From the NCBI GenBank assembly GCA_964445765.1, contig CAYULD010000003.1, positions 147,480 through 211,479 of the forward strand: a stretch of DNA of 64,000 bases. The letters run 5' to 3'. Under the pieces are notes generated by a model, which was not told where the DNA came from, did no database searches, and worked only from the letters and a program-made list of their open reading frames with translations. The stretch is from an uncultured Rickettsiales bacterium (GTDB lineage Bacteria; Pseudomonadota; Alphaproteobacteria; Rickettsiales; UBA8987). Shown here in pieces: positions 62,857 to 64,000 of this stretch. The stretch's first letter is position 1, and each line of letters opens with the position of its first letter. The position numbers were made by a program, and so were the translations under genes.

Positions 62857-64000
62857 ATGTTTTCACTTCTCATTAAAAACGGCACAATAGTTAATGCAAA
62901 TGGCAGGCAAAAAGCCGATATTGCTGTTAAAGATGGCAAAATTTCTGCCATTGGTTTTTTTCCAGAATCGCAAGCTGATAAAGTTATTAATGCTGAAAAT
63001 TTATTTGTGCTGCCGGGGCTTGTGGATACGCAAGTGCATATGCGAGAGCCGGGCTTAGAATATAAAGAAGATCTTGAAGCTGGCACAAGGGGTGCGGTTT
63101 TGGGTGGTCTTACTGGTGTTTTTGAAATGCCAAATACAAACCCTTCAACCACTACGAGAGAAGCATTAGAAGATAAATTGCAAAGAATGGAAGGCAGAAG
63201 TTGGTGCAATTATGCGTTCTATATTGGTGGCACGCCTGAAGCAAATGTTAATTGGCATGAGCTTGAGACACTGCCCGGCTGTTGCGGTATAAAAATATTT
63301 ATGGGTGCTTCAACTGGTAACTTGCTTGTTGAAGAAGATGAGGCGATAAGAAATATCTTAAAGAAATCTAAAAGGCGTTCAGCAATTCATTCCGAGGATA
63401 ATTTTCGCTTAAAGGATAGAAAATATATTGCAGAAGAAATGGCTCACCCTAGAGCTCACCCAATTTGGAGGGATAAGGAATCCGCAATTATTGCAACTAA
63501 TCGCTTGATAAGAATTGCTCGTGAAACTGGTGCAAAAGTGCATGTTCTTCACATCTCAACCGCTGAAGAAATGGAATTTTTATCAAAGAATAAAGATGTT
63601 GCAACTGTTGAAATTCTTCCTCAATTTTTATATTTTTCTGATGAAGATTATGAAACATTAGGCTCTAGAATTCAGATGAATCCGCCGATTCGTGATAAAG
63701 AAAATCGTAAAAAATTATGGCAAGCAGTTCAAACTGGTATAGTTGATGCAATTGGCTCAGATCACGCCCCGCATACTTTGCAAGAAAAAGCAAAACCTTA
63801 TCCGCAAAGCCCTTCTGGAATGCCGGGGGTTCAAACTATAGTTCCTTTAATGCTAAATTTTGTTAATGAAGGCTATATTTCTTTAGAAAAATTAGTGCAA
63901 ACAATGGCTGGCTGTTTAGAGCCTATTTGGGGTGTAAAAAATAAAGGTAAAGTTGCCACTGGTTATGATGCTGATTTTACTATCGTTGATATGAATAAAG
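62857..64000 (+). CDS. pyrC: Dihydroorotase-family cyclic amidohydrolase, 3' end outside the window
   Basis: Open frame from ATG 62857 to the window edge, absent from the track because it has no stop. LPGLVDTQVHMREPG, GIKIFMG, IHSED, VHVLHIST and GSDHAPH align with type I dihydroorotases. Confidence 0.8.
   Translation, partial: MFSLLIKNGTIVNANGRQKADIAVKDGKISAIGFFPESQADKVINAENLFVLPGLVDTQVHMREPGLEYKEDLEAGTRGAVLGGLTGVFEMPNTNPSTTTREALEDKLQRMEGRSWCNYAFYIGGTPEANVNWHELETLPGCCGIKIFMGASTGNLLVEEDEAIRNILKKSKRRSAIHSEDNFRLKDRKYIAEEMAHPRAHPIWRDKESAIIATNRLIRIARETGAKVHVLHISTAEEMEFLSKNKDVATVEILPQFLYFSDEDYETLGSRIQMNPPIRDKENRKKLWQAVQTGIVDAIGSDHAPHTLQEKAKPYPQSPSGMPGVQTIVPLMLNFVNEGYISLEKLVQTMAGCLEPIWGVKNKGKVATGYDADFTIVDMNK

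Noticed and set aside
62802-63209. 135 aa ORF on the minus strand in the track
   Set aside because: It is antisense to the much longer, motif-rich dihydroorotase frame that starts at 62857 and runs off the window, and its sequence is low-complexity Ser/Pro-rich shadow translation.

Overview
This is a 64 kb window of very AT-rich bacterial chromosome, densely packed with genes in standard genetic code. Several markers point to an alphaproteobacterium, and the repeat content resembles Rickettsiales or Holosporales type intracellular bacteria. This placement is inference only. The markers are GapR/DUF2312, an NtrX-type regulator, RpoH, a chi subunit, DUF1674 and SDHAF4-like and ApaG proteins.

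Most of the window is housekeeping: dapB, cca, rpe, rpoH, tRNA-Leu, arsC, purH, purB, holC, carA, uvrD, miaB, def, gatB, icd, pyrF, mnmG and pyrC.

The accessory content is:
- a prophage-remnant-like switch module at the left edge;
- a transglutaminase / circularly permuted ATP-grasp / alpha-E system that is split in two and interrupted by a toxin-antitoxin pair;
- a second toxin-antitoxin pair (MntA/HepT) wedged against icd;
- an orphan TpsB transporter;
- an Mrr nuclease;
- an rml dTDP-rhamnose cluster;
- a large, even more AT-rich surface-glycan island at about 47-57.5 kb.

The most interesting system is inside that island. It is a translationally coupled five-gene block at 50581-55666 that looks like the mycobacterial decaprenyl-phospho-D-arabinofuranose donor pathway: a UbiA phosphoribosyltransferase, DprE1-like and DprE2-like enzymes, and a GtrA protein. 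Here the UbiA enzyme carries a fused HAD phosphatase domain. The block is followed by an unassigned polytopic membrane protein and a NodH-like sulfotransferase.

The window is also peppered with at least three families of hairpin/MITE-like repeats. One copy sits in-frame inside uvrD. Two copies flank a GST gene, with an 8-9 bp direct repeat at the outer edges.

A distinctive 18 bp palindrome, ATCTGCA-N4-TGCAGAT, occurs as a pair with identical 67 bp spacing at two loci 21.7 kb apart.

All functional calls come from reading motifs by eye in the supplied translations, with no searches run. Repeat boundaries are approximate, to within about 5 bp.
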